64,000 bases of DNA from NCBI GenBank assembly GCA_036172245.1, contig JAYWIR010000006.1:3534001-3598000 (forward strand), given 5' to 3'. Below the pieces are notes generated by a model. That model was given only the letters and a program-made list of their open reading frames with translations. It was not told the origin of the DNA and made no database searches. Position 1 is the stretch's first letter. Every line of letters begins with the position of its first letter. The translations under genes and the position numbers were made by a program. This document shows positions 61,761 through 64,000 of this stretch, piece by piece. Source of the DNA: Raillietiella orientalis. Its lineage: Eukaryota.

Positions 61761-63261
61761 CCCTCCCTGAGGGCGCTCCCGAACGCCTGGCATCCCGGAG
61801 GAGATGGCATGTCCGACGTGGTCTCCCGGACGACGGTAGCCGTCGCCGGAACCCGTGTCCTTCCCACGTTTTGCTCTATTGCCCCAGATCGCGTGGCCCG
61901 CAGAAACGCCTCTGCCGGGGAGAAGGCGGGAAGGAGGAAGGACGGCGCTCCGGGACCCACGGAACAGCGGGCACGCAGCCTTTTTTGCAGTCTCGGTGCC
62001 TCTCCGCTCCTTCCCCGGGTTCGAGCCGGGCATCACCCTCGCTGATCCGGCGACTTCCGGTTCGAGGGAGATGCATTTATTTCGTGCCTTCCGTGGACGC
62101 CAAGAGGCTTTCCCCCCCTTGGCAGCCTCCCGGTGTGTCCCGGGAGCCCCCGGTTTCCCTAGTTGACGGGAACCGCATTGTGCAGCCTCTCGGCTGCATG
62201 AAACATCGCGTGCTTTCGGGCTCCACAGCGAGATCGGGATAAAAACAATTCCTCGTCCGCTCCCGGAATGATTACTTCTCCATCATGATGTATTGTGGAT
62301 TTCCAGAGGGATGAAAAGGGGAAAAGTGCATGCATTTCGTCCCCCCCCCCCCTCCCTTTTTTCTTCTCTCTGTTGTTGTTGGGGAGAGGAATCTGATGGT
62401 TCTTCTGAAGGATCGATTCCCTCCGCGTATTCCGACGTCCTTCTTCCCCAAAAAAACCCTTTCTAAATGGGAGGAGGACACGCATCGGGGGCGACTCTGC
62501 AACGCCTCCGTCTCGTAGCCGGCAAACCGGGGAGCAGATTCCTGGAACTGGAGGCCTCCGCCGCGGTCCGGAACCTGCTCTCCATGGGGGTGAGACGAGT
62601 CAGCCCGCGGTCTTCGTCAGAGCGGGACGGAGAAACACCGCAGCGTCATCACCCCCTTCTCGTCACCAGAAACGGTTCCCCGCAAGGAGGCGTAAGTGGC
62701 TGCTGGGAAATTTCCTGCTGGTGCGTCTCCTTAGGATGGACCCTTGAGGACGCGATCGAAGAGCCCATTGCTTTGATTGTGTCAGAAGCCCCACCGCGCC
62801 AACGAGCGACTCCTGCTCCTCGAAGAGGAGGATGCCCTGAGGCATCTTCCTCCCCAGCTTGTGCTAGCGGAGAGTCAGCAGGGCGAAAGAGCGTTTCGCG
62901 TCGAAACGAGGCGGTCCATCGCACAGAGAGCTGCTACTCCGGCTCATTGTGCGAGGTCAGTGTCTCGGCCTCCTAAGGACTGCTGCTTGCCTTCCTCCCG
63001 TTGCGCGAAGAAACAACGAAGAGAAATCAGTCTTGCGGAGCGCCGGCTGTCGCGCTTCTGCGTTCTGAGCGGCAGGCCGAACGGTGGAATAGGAGACCAC
63101 CCCTCTTGACCCGCAGAAACAGTTGAAGGAAGCGGCTCCTGCCGAATCTCCTGAGGCTTCCGCGAACGCACGCGGAGAGTCAGGAGACTCGGCGTTCATA
63201 TGAATTCTTTTAGTGGAATCCGCAGTCTTCGGGGACTTCCACCTCGCTTCCTTTCTGAAGT

Positions 63262-64000
63262 TACCTCGCAGTCACGCCGAGGAGTCTGAAAGAAACAGTA
63301 AACTTACATCTATCGTGGTGAGGCAAGGAGCCCCGACACAGATGATTCTTCAATGGGCCTGCCGGGTCGCCTGTGTGCAGACCGGTTGGACACACCTCAG
63401 CAACGGAGGGGGATGAGGGGGAGGGAGAACAAAAAGAAAAATTACATAAAAACACTCTAGAGGGTCGGGAGGAGGGAGGCTGCATCCTTCCCAGGATATC
63501 GGCTTGGTACGTCCGAACAGGTCCCAGGTGGGACCATCTGGCTGCCACCCGCAGAAAGAGAACTGCGAAATGGACGGCGTCCCTACCATCTCTTTCTCTG
63601 TCGGCTTCGCTGCAGTCCTGCGGATGCAGCAAAGCGCTGCTAGGGCTGCGGCTGACTGCAGCTCGCCCCGCACAAAGAGGAGCCGTAAAACGTCCCTGGG
63701 ATCCGGAGGGTCATTCCGAAACATTCCTCCCATGACCGGAAGGCAACGCAGTCCACAAGCAAGTGCGCTATTTGCGTTCCTCACACCTGTGACGGTCAGG
63801 GCTCACCCTCTCAGCGTCTGGTGGGGTCGGCGTGCGTTGCAGGGAAGACCCCAGTGCAACAGCAGAAGTGCCGACCCCTGCCACTTCAGGGGAAGGTGGC
63901 GCAGGATCGACCGTCTCCTTACGGGGAGGATCGACGCTGCTCCAGGGGCTGCGCGGGCTTGCGTCCTCCGAGCGCGTCCGTGCGAGCACCTGCGGCTCCA
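63262..64000 (-). mobile_element. LINE 3' end, subfamily A (continues beyond the window)
   Basis: KWQGSALLLLHWGLPCNARR, HLLVDCVAF, RDAVHFAVLFLRVAARWSHLG..ADILGRM, and a variant hairpin CCTCG..CGAGG at 63263-63282. Confidence 0.8.

Overview
This is eukaryotic, GC/CpG-rich, repeat-dominated DNA. It has no operons, rRNA, intact tRNA, CRISPR array or intact long gene, and I cannot identify the organism. Most of 19-64 kb is decayed non-LTR retrotransposon sequence (L1/Tx1-type ORF2: RT motifs plus a C-terminal CCHC zf-RVT finger) in both orientations, from at least two subfamilies. Their 3' ends share a small stem-loop (CCYGG-NGYRA-CCRGG-T). A second family is a ~0.8 kb SINE-like element with a tRNA-derived head and an internal ~42-bp tandem array (5 copies, two of them partial). 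On top of this old material sit four near-perfect long repeats: direct 20741-22688/56728-58675 and 40251-41701/59368-60818, and inverted 6521-6705/6974-7158 and 47744-48072/49932-50260. One candidate host exon lies at 5579-5672 (-). All alignments and motif calls were made by eye. Boundaries of decayed fragments are approximate.
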